A stretch of DNA of 52,082 nt from Verrucomicrobiota bacterium (GTDB lineage Bacteria > Verrucomicrobiota > Verrucomicrobiia > Limisphaerales > UBA11320): contig VHDG01000001.1 in the NCBI GenBank assembly GCA_016871475.1, positions 1 to 52,082 of the forward strand, read 5' to 3'. Numbering within the stretch: position 1 is the stretch's first letter; each line of letters begins with the position of its first letter. The translations under genes and the position numbers were made by a program. The notes below the pieces were generated by a model, which worked only from the letters and a program-made list of their open reading frames with translations, was not told the DNA's origin and did not search any database. Below, one piece after another: positions 17,462 through 27,000 of the stretch.

Positions 17462-20400
17462 TCAGTTCAGGTAGAGAAACTCGCTGGTGTTGAAGAGCAT
17501 CTGGCAGAAGGCGGTCCATGCCGAGGCGTCACCCTGGCCATCGGTCGGATTGGCCTGCCGATAGTTGATCGCCTGGTCCGCGAGAAACTGCTGACTCCAT
17601 TCAATCTCCTCGAGCGCCGGTCGGCGTCCGAGGGCGAGTCGGAAGGCGACTGCGATTCGCGCGGGGTCATTGTCCGCCTCCCCCCTCACGCGCGCGGCGA
17701 AGTCTCGAGCCTGTTCCAGCACGAACGCGTCGTTGAGCATCGTGAGTGGTTGCAAGACCACGCTCGAGTGGCTTCGGCGTGCGCACGTGGTGTTCAGGAT
17801 CGGCTGATCGAAGCTGCCCAGAATCGGCAGATGAAAATTCCGCCGGCCCATCAAGTAAATGGATCGCCGCCAGCGGCTCGTCGGAGTCGGCAGTTGGTCG
17901 TCCGCAGCGAGGGCGGCGGAGCCATCGGGCAGGCTGATCAACGGAACGGCCGGGCCGAACTGGCTCCGATCAAGGCGTCCGCTGATCGCCAAGATGGCGT
18001 CTCGGACAATCTCAGATTCGAGCCGCCGCAGACGCTGACGCCACAGCAGCCGGTTCTCGGGATCGATCGTCAATGCCGTTTGCACCGATTCGTTGAGTTC
18101 CGGCGGGAGCTTTTCGGAAACCTCCGCGAGACGGCCGGCCTGCCGGTAGGCGGAGGACAAGACCATCAACCGAATCATGTGTTTGATCCGCCAGCCCGAG
18201 TCGATGAACTCGCGCGCCAGCCATTCGAGCAACGCCGGGTGAGTGGGCGGTTGCCCGTTGCGTCCGAAGTTTTCCGGCGTGGGCACAAGGCCCTCGCCAA
18301 ACAGTTGCTGCCAGAACCGGTTCATCAGCACCCGCGCGTTCAGGCTGGCCGGAGCGCCGTTGGGTTCCGTGAGCCACCGGGCAAACTCGAGCCGGCGGCC
18401 ACTGCTGTCTCCCTGGCTCTCATTTCGTTTCGGCAGAAGGGCGCCTGGGTCGGACGCGCAGAGAACGCTCAGCCAGCCCGGCTCCACCCGCCGGCCAGGC
18501 CGTTCATGATCTCCGCGCTGGAAAATGTGGCCTCGCGGCGGCGGCCCGCTTTCAAAGAACGCACGGATATCGCCCCACTTCTTCTTTCGGCTCCGCAGCG
18601 CTGCCGTCTCCTGGTCAAGCGAATCAAGCCGGGCGCGTTGCGCCTCGTTCAACGAGTTCCGCACGTCCTCCGTCGTGATCTTGTCCGCGTGTTCCGTGAG
18701 CAGCTTCTTCTGGGCCTCGCTGCGCTTCTCTGGCGGAGACGTGAAGGCGGTTCGCAACTCGGTTCGAACCGGTTCCTGAATCGCCGCCAGGCGCGTCTCC
18801 AGCACGCGGTTGGTCCCCGCCAGGCGAAGGCTGTTCGCCTCCGCCACGAGCGGTTCCAACTGGCGGTCGAGATCGGTGTTGAAGCGCTTGATCTCCGCCT
18901 GCTCTGCCGGCGACACGTCCGGCACTTCTCGATCCTTGGGTTGCAGCCAGGCTCGGGCATTCAGCGCGGGCGTAAAGAGCGACATGAACCGATAATAATC
19001 ACGCGCCGGCACGGGATCGAACTTGTGATCGTGACACCGCGCGCATTGGAGCGTCAGCCCGAACAAGCTCGCGCCCACGACCTGCACGGTGTCGTGGACG
19101 ACCTGATATCGGAACGGAACCTTGTTGAGGTCCACCTCGTGCGTGTCGTCGATCGGCGTTCGCAAATAGCCCGTGGCGATGAGCAAGTCGCGATCGGCGT
19201 CCGTGTAATGCGACGTCCGGCGCCAGTCCTTCAATTCGTCGCCCGCGATCTGCTCCGTCAGGCAGCGGTCCCAGGGCTTGTCCGTGTTGAACGCCCGAAT
19301 GATGTAATCGCGATAACGCCACTTGCTCGGGCCGAGAATGATTTGTTCGGCGTTCTGGTCATTGCCGGTAACATCGACGTAGCCCACCAGATCGAGCCAG
19401 TGCCTCCCCCACCGTTCGCCGAAATGCGGGGAGCCAAGCAGCCGATCGACCACCTTCTGGTATGCGTCGCTCGCCGTGTCGTTGATGAACGCCTGAAGCT
19501 CCTCGGGCGTGGTCGGCAGCCCGATGAGGTCGAACGTGACTCGGCGCAGGAGCGTGGCCCGATCAGCCTCGGGCGCAAAACGCAGACCAGATTCCTGAAG
19601 TTTCACCTCCAGGAACCGATCGATCGCGCCACTCGACACGCCGTCCTTGGGCACTTCAGGGCGAAGCGCCTTTCGGAACGCCCAATGATCGCGCTCGCGG
19701 GCGGAGACGAGTTCCGGTCCAGGTTCGTCCGCCGGCCCTTCCGCGAGGATGCCGTAGCGCTCGGCCAGGTGCCTTTCCACCGCCTGGCGTTTGTCCGTCG
19801 AGAGCGCGGCGTTGTAGAGCGCCACTTCGGCGATGTCTCCGTTCAACGAACCCATCACGGCGTGGGCATGCCCCAAAACGACGCTGAAATCCGCCCGCGG
19901 CCGGATGTCCGGCACGGCCTGCACGCCCGAAGACGCGACGGTGTCGATCGGCTCGCCGTTGATGAAGATGGCTGAGGTCTCCCGCATTGGCCCGGGCCGC
20001 TTGACGAGAGTGATCAGGTGTGCCTGATCGTAGAATGACGCGAAGGACCCAGGCCGGCCCACGAGCGCGTCCCGCTTAAATCCACCGGCGTGATCCAGAC
20101 GGTGCCGGCCTTCCGACGTTCGATCGATCTCGAGCAATCCCGCCCCCGGACGATCCGAGTTCTTCGGGTCGAGCGGTTCTCCAAACCCCACGATCACATC
20201 GCGGCTCGCGCCGTCCTGGTATTTCAGGTTGGCCACCACGAAGAGTGTGTACGCCGCGTCGCCTTTGATTTCCACGGGTCGATCGCCCGGAGTTCCGAGT
20301 CCGTTGCCCTGGCCAAAACGGACGGCGGGCCGGCCTTGAATGGAACTCGCCTTAACAAACAGCGGCGGCGTCCCGGTGCCGTCATAAACGCCTGCCGTCG

Positions 20401-20800
20401 GCGCGGCATCGCGATGGTGCCCACTGGCGTCAGGCCATCGGAAAAGCTGCGCGCCATCCTGGAGCGGCAGAACATCGGCTCGCAGCCAAATCTGGAGATG
20501 ATCACGAAGCGAGGCATCGTTCGGTGCGAGAGGCGGTGGCGCGCCAGCCCCTATGCTGGCCGAGCCGCCAACTCCCATCCACATCAAGGCCATCATGCCC
20601 ACCAGAAGGGAAAAACCACGCAATGGACGAGTCCGCAGGCTGAGGCGCGCGTCGGTTTGGAAATCCTGCCGACTAGGGTTCGAACTGCGACTGTCCGGGA
20701 ACATCCATCGCCTTGTCGAGCAACACGCGCCGGTACGCTGGGCACCGGTGTGCGCGATGGAAGGTGGCAAAACTGGGACCCGCATACCAATAGTCCGCAT
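17462..20800 (-). CDS. LamG/concanavalin-like + DUF1549 + DUF1553 protein, pair 2 (no cytochrome domain)
   Basis: 1112 aa as drawn. The start is uncertain: in-frame ATGs at 20704 (MFPDS) and 20596 precede the hydrophobic LLVGMMALMWMGVGG. LamG-like region at ~nt 19748-20512 ends LNGDIAEVALYNAALSTDKRQAVERHLAERYGI. DUF1549 block [15 protein letters not shown] and DUF1553 block [12 protein letters not shown]. Confidence 0.88.
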   Translation of the reverse strand: MRTIGMRVPVLPPSIAHTGAQRTGACCSTRRWMFPDSRSSNPSRQDFQTDARLSLRTRPLRGFSLLVGMMALMWMGVGGSASIGAGAPPPLAPNDASLRDHLQIWLRADVLPLQDGAQLFRWPDASGHHRDAAPTAGVYDGTGTPPLFVKASSIQGRPAVRFGQGNGLGTPGDRPVEIKGDAAYTLFVVANLKYQDGASRDVIVGFGEPLDPKNSDRPGAGLLEIDRTSEGRHRLDHAGGFKRDALVGRPGSFASFYDQAHLITLVKRPGPMRETSAIFINGEPIDTVASSGVQAVPDIRPRADFSVVLGHAHAVMGSLNGDIAEVALYNAALSTDKRQAVERHLAERYGILAEGPADEPGPELVSARERDHWAFRKALRPEVPKDGVSSGAIDRFLEVKLQESGLRFAPEADRATLLRRVTFDLIGLPTTPEELQAFINDTASDAYQKVVDRLLGSPHFGERWGRHWLDLVGYVDVTGNDQNAEQIILGPSKWRYRDYIIRAFNTDKPWDRCLTEQIAGDELKDWRRTSHYTDADRDLLIATGYLRTPIDDTHEVDLNKVPFRYQVVHDTVQVVGASLFGLTLQCARCHDHKFDPVPARDYYRFMSLFTPALNARAWLQPKDREVPDVSPAEQAEIKRFNTDLDRQLEPLVAEANSLRLAGTNRVLETRLAAIQEPVRTELRTAFTSPPEKRSEAQKKLLTEHADKITTEDVRNSLNEAQRARLDSLDQETAALRSRKKKWGDIRAFFESGPPPRGHIFQRGDHERPGRRVEPGWLSVLCASDPGALLPKRNESQGDSSGRRLEFARWLTEPNGAPASLNARVLMNRFWQQLFGEGLVPTPENFGRNGQPPTHPALLEWLAREFIDSGWRIKHMIRLMVLSSAYRQAGRLAEVSEKLPPELNESVQTALTIDPENRLLWRQRLRRLESEIVRDAILAISGRLDRSQFGPAVPLISLPDGSAALAADDQLPTPTSRWRRSIYLMGRRNFHLPILGSFDQPILNTTCARRSHSSVVLQPLTMLNDAFVLEQARDFAARVRGEADNDPARIAVAFRLALGRRPALEEIEWSQQFLADQAINYRQANPTDGQGDASAWTAFCQMLFNTSEFLYLN

Positions 20801-21150
20801 GGTATCCCCGCGTCGTAAACCGCCGCAAGCGTGAAAGCGTGAATTGAACGCTTGAACGTCCTGGGGTGCGGCTAAAAGTCCGGGCCAGTACTCGCGCAGA
20901 CTTTTTCAGTCAACGGTGTCGCGGACTTCCAATCCGCCAGCGTCTGGTACGAACCCAAAAAGGCTAGAAGTCTATCAAACGTCCCTGAACTCGAGTTAGC
21001 AACTGCACGAAGGAATCCTTGGTATCGAAGACCAAGTGCCGATTACGATTACGAGGGCGGTCACACCGGGAAAATGTGAGATGCGCCCCCGGAATGCGAA
21101 TCGCTGAAATTGCATTGCAGCTTCGGGACGTCTTGCTAGAAAGTCACCCC

Positions 21151-22188
21151 ATGCAAGCCAATTCTCTACGTGCGTACGCGACCCCCCTCCTGATGTCTGC
21201 AAGCATGGTCCATCGCCTGACGTGGTCGTTGTGCCTCGGCTTTCTGCTCACCTACACGCTGCCGAGCCAGAGCGCGGAGCCGACCCGCTCACTGACCAAG
21301 GCCGACATCGAGCGATGGATGAAGGAATTGTCGAACTGGGGCCGCTGGGGCAAGGACGACCAATTGGGGGCCGTCAATCTCATCACCCCGGCCAAACGGC
21401 GCGAGGCAGCGAAACTGGTTCAGGAGGGCGTTTCCATTTCGTTGGGACACGATGCGGTGACGCAGAAGGCGGCCGACTGTCTGACCCCCTACACTCACCA
21501 GATGCTCCGCACGGGATTGACCGACGCCGAGGGCGCGAGCGATCTCATCAGCGTTAACTACCACGGTTACGTTCACACGCACTTTGACGCCCTGTGCCAC
21601 ATCTTCCACCAGGGCAAGATGTACAACGGCTTTGCGAAGGAGGAAGTCGTCGAGTCCGGCGCGAAGAAGTGCGGCATTGAACAACTCAAGGACGGCATCT
21701 TTGCCCGCGCGATCCTGTTCGACATCCCGCGGTTGAAGGGAAGGGACTACCTGGATTTGGGCGAGGCGATTTTTCCATCGGACCTGGATGCTTGGGAAAA
21801 GAAGGCCGGCATCAAGGTGGGTTCAGGGGACATTGTCCTGATCCGCACGGGCCGTTGGGCGCGGCGCGCAGCGCTGGGGCCTTGGAATATGTCGAAGTTT
21901 GCCGGGCTGCACGCCTCTTGCATGCCGTGGTTCAAACAGCGTGACATTGCCATCCTGGGCAGTGATTCCGCCAGCGACGTCATGCCGTCCGGCGTCGAAG
22001 GCGTGGCCATGCCCGTGCATCAGATCGCAGTCGTAGCCATGGGAGTCTGGATTCTCGATGTCCTGGACATGGAACAAGCCGGCGTCGAATGCGCCAAACG
22101 CAATCGTTGGGAATTCCTGTTCACCGTTGCGCCGCTCCGCGTGGTTGGGGGAACCGGTTCCCCGCTCAATCCAATCGCAACTTTCTGA
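21151..22188 (+). CDS. Cyclase-family protein (kynurenine-formamidase-like, PF04199-type)
   Basis: 345 aa from the ATG at 21151, which precedes a hydrophobic signal-like segment. ORF-track start 21019 looks like a 5' over-extension. WGKDDQLGAVN and the His/Asp cluster HGYVHTHFDALCH are typical of the family. Confidence 0.8.
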   Translation: MQANSLRAYATPLLMSASMVHRLTWSLCLGFLLTYTLPSQSAEPTRSLTKADIERWMKELSNWGRWGKDDQLGAVNLITPAKRREAAKLVQEGVSISLGHDAVTQKAADCLTPYTHQMLRTGLTDAEGASDLISVNYHGYVHTHFDALCHIFHQGKMYNGFAKEEVVESGAKKCGIEQLKDGIFARAILFDIPRLKGRDYLDLGEAIFPSDLDAWEKKAGIKVGSGDIVLIRTGRWARRAALGPWNMSKFAGLHASCMPWFKQRDIAILGSDSASDVMPSGVEGVAMPVHQIAVVAMGVWILDVLDMEQAGVECAKRNRWEFLFTVAPLRVVGGTGSPLNPIATF

Positions 22189-22198
22189 ACCCACTCGC

Positions 22199-23134
22199 AT
22201 GAGACCCGTCACACCTCCGAGATGTCAACACCCCGCCGGGATCATCGGCCTTCTCTTGATCGCGCTGTTTGGCGCGCTGGTCCGGCCGGAACTCCTCGCG
22301 GCGCCGGCCACGGACGTCCGCACCAATCTTGAATTCGCGGTCATCGGGGACGTGCGGTTGACTCTGGACACGTATGTGCCGCAGGAAGGACCCGCGCCTT
22401 TCCCGACCATCGTCTGGGTGCATGGCGGCGGCTTCGTATCCGGCGATAAGAAAGAATTTCCGCGAACCCTGCTCGATCCGATCCTCGCCTCCGGCTTCGC
22501 CATGGTGTCGGTGAATTATCGGCTGGCCCCGAAACACCCATTTCCTGCGTGCGTGGATGACGTCGAAGCCGCCATCGCTTTCATCAAGGCCCACGCTCGC
22601 TCCTGGAAGTTGGATCCGGACAAACTGATCTTGATGGGAGAATCCGCAGGGGGACTGATCGTTTCGGTCGTTGGTGGACGAGCTCGACCCGAGAACCGCG
22701 TCGCGGGTGTCGTCTCGCTTTTCGGTGAACATGACCTGGTCACGCGCGTGCAGGAGAATCCGTGTATCATGGACGGACGGGCCGAACCCATGCCGGCGGG
22801 CGGATGTCTCTCCCCTGGATTGAAGGCGTTGCTCAACATCACCGCCGCGACGCAGGAGGCGATGCCAATTGTCCAGGCCGCCTCCGCCGTGAGCTACGTC
22901 CGCAAAGACATGCCGCCCTACTTGCTCATCCACGGCACGCGTGAGTTTCATGTCCCCTACGAACAGGCGGTCAGCATGCACGACCGCATGAAACGGAAGG
23001 GAGCGGACTGTACCCTGCTCTCGATCCTGGGCGGTTCCCATGGCACCGGCGGGTGGGAGAAATTGCCGCAAGCCCGGGAATACAAGGAGGAGACTCTCGC
23101 CTGGCTACGCACAAAACTCCGGCTGCAGCCCTGA
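22199..23134 (+). CDS. Alpha/beta-hydrolase-fold esterase/lipase (HGGG type)
   Basis: 311 aa from the ATG at 22199, 10 bp after the cyclase stop. Signal-like IIGLLLIALFGALV. Oxyanion motif VWVHGGGF and nucleophile elbow GESAGG. Confidence 0.85.
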   Translation: MRPVTPPRCQHPAGIIGLLLIALFGALVRPELLAAPATDVRTNLEFAVIGDVRLTLDTYVPQEGPAPFPTIVWVHGGGFVSGDKKEFPRTLLDPILASGFAMVSVNYRLAPKHPFPACVDDVEAAIAFIKAHARSWKLDPDKLILMGESAGGLIVSVVGGRARPENRVAGVVSLFGEHDLVTRVQENPCIMDGRAEPMPAGGCLSPGLKALLNITAATQEAMPIVQAASAVSYVRKDMPPYLLIHGTREFHVPYEQAVSMHDRMKRKGADCTLLSILGGSHGTGGWEKLPQAREYKEETLAWLRTKLRLQP

Positions 23135-23140
23135 CCGCCT

Positions 23141-23929
23141 ATGGATCTCTTTGCGTCGATCGCGACGTTTCGACAAAAAATGCGTTCAGGCCAGGTTTGC
23201 CTGGGTGTCGGCATCACGCTTGGCGATCCGGCTGTGACGGAGGCGTTGGGCCCCTGCGCGGATTTTTTCTGGATCGATCTGGAGCACACCCCTCTGGGCT
23301 TGGGAAGCCTGCAAGCGCACCTCATCGCGGCCCGCGCCGTCAATGTCCCGGCGCTCGTGCGCGTGCCAGGATCCGATCCGTCCCTCATCAAACGGGTCAT
23401 TGATACCGGTGCTGCCGGCATCATCGTGCCCCAGGTACGCTCGGCCGCCGAAGTGCGTCGCGTCGTGGACGCGTGCCGCTACCGGCCCCTCGGTGATCGC
23501 GGTTACGGTCCGCGCCGCTCTTCCGATTACGGGCACGCCGTCGATTACCTGCAAACCGCCAACCGCGACCTGTTCGTCTCCGTGCAAATTGAACACGCCG
23601 AGGCGATGGCAGAACTGGATCAAATTGCCTCCGTAGCCGGTCTCGACAGCCTCGTGCTCGGCCCGTTCGACCTTTCGATTTCGCTGGGCTGTCCCGGTGA
23701 CGTGACTCATCCAGACGTTCAACACGCCATTCAACGTGTGATCCGGACGGCGAAGGCCCGAGGGTTATTTGTTGGCATGGGCGGCCCGGCTCAAGAGAAG
23801 TATGCCCGCCAGGCGATCGCCGCCGGCGTGCAATGGCTCCAGAGCGGGAGCGATTTTGAATACATGATCGAATTCACCCGGCGCTTCTTCAGCACCGTGC
23901 GATCCAATGCGCCGCGTCAAACGCCTTGA
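23141..23929 (+). CDS. HpcH/HpaI-family class II aldolase
   Basis: 262 aa, 6 bp after the esterase stop. FWIDLEHTP, RVPGSDPSLIKRVIDTGAAGIIVPQV and YRPLGDRGYG match the 2-keto-3-deoxy-acid aldolase family. Confidence 0.88.
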   Translation: MDLFASIATFRQKMRSGQVCLGVGITLGDPAVTEALGPCADFFWIDLEHTPLGLGSLQAHLIAARAVNVPALVRVPGSDPSLIKRVIDTGAAGIIVPQVRSAAEVRRVVDACRYRPLGDRGYGPRRSSDYGHAVDYLQTANRDLFVSVQIEHAEAMAELDQIASVAGLDSLVLGPFDLSISLGCPGDVTHPDVQHAIQRVIRTAKARGLFVGMGGPAQEKYARQAIAAGVQWLQSGSDFEYMIEFTRRFFSTVRSNAPRQTP

Positions 23930-24024
23930 CCACAACCGTCCTGGCGAACACAGCGCGCACGAGGCCGCTCCATTCCTGTTTCTAGGATCCACCTCACCCT
24001 CGACGCACGGACGCTTCCGGGTGT

Positions 24025-27000
24025 TCAGGGATCGATCGCGAGGATTCGATAGAATCCAACGCCTTCGGAGGAGACCGGGAATACGAAGCGGAGACGGTCT
24101 CGAGTCGCTCTCTCAGCTCTCCCTTGTTCCTGCCAGGCCCCTTCGACAAGCCCACTTCGCACCTGGAGGGCGTAGGTCCGGCCGACGACGACTTCGCATT
24201 CCAAACTGAGATCGCGGTCCACCAGGGTCACGGTGACGATGCGGAGAGGGGGTTCCGGTGGAACCTCCGTTCCGTTGCTCCGCAGCGGGGAGGGGCTCTT
24301 GAAACGGGAGTACGGCGAGGGTGAAGCCTGAGGAAACCGGCCCTCGCTCTCATTCTCAGTCTGTTGTCCAAAGGTTACCGAATCGGACAGAGTACCGTCG
24401 GGCATAAAAAGTGCGATGATCTCCCCCGATTGTCCAAGCTTGAAGTTCACGTGTAAGTCGCGCTGTGCCTGATTGAGGGACGGACGATCGTCCGCCCAGA
24501 CGAGCAGATATCCGTCAGGCCCGATCTGCCTTCCTGGGGGGATGCGAAACTTTGCGGGCTCCTTCCAGTCATCCGTCAGCGTCCATCCCTCGAGAGAAAT
24601 CATTGTCCCCGAAGGGTTGTAGAGTTCGAACCAGTCAGAGAAGAGACCGCTTGCCGGATCGCGCAGGAAGTCTGTGTTTGCTGCCATCCATTCATTGATC
24701 ACGATGCGTGTCGCCGTCGGCAGCGGCTGGCGGAGAGTATTTGCGCGCCCGGGTGTGTACGGTGCGCCGTGGATCAAACCGCTCTGCAACGTCGCTCCGA
24801 AGACCACATCTGCACTGAAGGCATTCAGTTGATGCACCTCGACCGCCAACACGTTCTCCCCCGGACGAAGGCTGGCCGCTGGCACATCGAAGGGGCCTTC
24901 GATCGTCGCATCGTTGACGTTTCGCGTTGCGAACGTCATGGAGGAGACTTCCCCGGTAGGCATGCCGGAGCGGAACAGTTCCACGTTGTTGAGGTAAAAC
25001 ACCGCACCGTCGTCCACCAGAGTATACAGCCGGAGCGTTCCACCCGGACCGTAAGGTACGTCGTTTGTGATACGCGTTCGGAAATAGTAGGTGGTCGGCC
25101 CTAGCCGCAACGCCGTCCGCTTGGAGGCCGGCAACACTGCATTCTCCACAAAAAACAGCCCGGCGCCACTTGACCATGTCGAATCATCATAATCCTCCAA
25201 TCGCCAATCCTTCCTCAAATCACGCCCGGACTGATCGTAGCGCCAGACATTCGTGAAGCCCACGTAGGTGTAGGGTGCATTGGAAGGCTCTGGGGGCGCC
25301 GCAAACCAATTCCTGGGATGATCGTTATCTGACGCGACATCCATCAGCTGGAGGGAAGCCCGAGAGCCTTGGGGATTTGAAGGCCACGGCGCCGTTGTCC
25401 GATAGCTGACTTCATCCACCACAGCCGCCGGACTCTTTTGCGCCGGAGCCTGAACGAGCCGCAGCGTTTCGCCTTCCGGATCAAGCCGTCCCAAAAAGTA
25501 CCCCACGGGAGGGACAAAGTCAGGGTACGCTTCCCTGAAGCTTCCCGGACTGGACGCGATGACGACGAAACTGTTGGGGTGTAACAGGCTCCCCGCGGGG
25601 AAGACGAAGTCCACGCCCTCGAGTCGCCAGTCGGAAAGATCAAAGGCAGTGCTGGGTGAAGCGTTGAAGAGTTCCAGGAACTCGGCGCCCGGCAGCGGGG
25701 CTCGAGGTTGGATCTCGTTGATCACTACCGTGCGTTCGGCTCGATCGCTCGTGCCGGTGAACCTCACGCCCACCGCCAATTCGTTTGAGCCCACGAGTAG
25801 ACCCCATCGGTCGAGCCCGGCGATGCGTAGGTCGTTTGTCCCCGGGTGGAGCGGGACGGTCATCTCCCAAGCGATGGGCGTGGTCCAACGCGTCGGATAA
25901 GGCCGCCCATTGGCGAGCACTGTCTTGATGTGCACCGGGGCCGTGCCCCGAAGAATCACGAGATTTCGGTTCGTTTCGTAACCCGCAGCCGGAGGAGCGA
26001 GCAGTCGAAACTGAGACGTGTCCTCCAGGGCCACAGCGGTTCGAATGAAGTTCCGCCTCGCCTCCATCCAGGTCCTCAAAGGGGCGAGTGACCCCACGGG
26101 GACGGCATTCCCAGTCAACGCCGTTTCCAAGTCGCGGACACGACTCTCAAAAGCCGCCGAGGAATAAGGACCCTGAATGGCTTCTTTCAACGCCCGCAAA
26201 TAAGCGCGTCGAAAGGGCGGATGCTGATACATGCGGCCAATCGTCGGATCATTGACCGCATACAAGGAATCACTGGTGGAGGGGTTGTAGCTGCCAAGCC
26301 CATGGTCGAGATCCGTGACAATCATTTGCCAACGGCCATCCGTCGGCTTGTAGGCAAACATGTTCTTGCCACGTCCGTAGCCATACCCATCGCTGTCCTC
26401 GGTGATGTGGCGAATCGCGAACGCACGCATCCACTCCTCGACATCCACCAACGACTCGACCCTGGCGGTGTAGAGATCGGCGTTCCTTTCGTTCAACGCG
26501 TCGACAAGGCGGAAAATCTCCCGATAGTCGTCATCCCAACCGCCATTCGCTTTCTTCTCCCAGTTCCACCGATAACGAGCCTGCGCCTTCGTGCCTCCAA
26601 AAGCCGTGAAGGGCTCCAGGGTTGCGTTCACCCAGGATTCAATGATTCCCGAATCACTGAACTCAAACCAGTCATCAATCTTGAAGAGATCACCCCGGTC
26701 GTCCTCGGGAAACCAAGCCTTAATGAAATCCGTATTAGGTTGTTGCGTCTCTGCGCAGACGATCCCACGACGCGTTCCGTTGACCCAGAAATTCACGTAA
26801 CGTTTGTGGCTAAACGGAATGTCGAATCGATCGGCGAGATAGAACGACAGTTCTTCCCGAAGGAGGGTTGGATCCTTGCTATAGAGTTCCGGGGGGTCCA
26901 AGTAGAGCTCGTCCACTCCGAGGATGGGGTCGTCCTTGGGAGTCTCGAGGTTGAACGCGCAGAGATTCCTCGTGGGTCCGTTGTAGCCCGGTCGACTATA

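Noticed and set aside
21019-21150. Upstream ORF-track starts for several genes: 21019, 22058, 33280, 41666, 42943, 44816 and 47208.
   Set aside because: These extensions overlap the preceding gene or add non-protein-like leaders. In each case an internal ATG sits just after the upstream stop and/or directly before a signal peptide or the first conserved family block.
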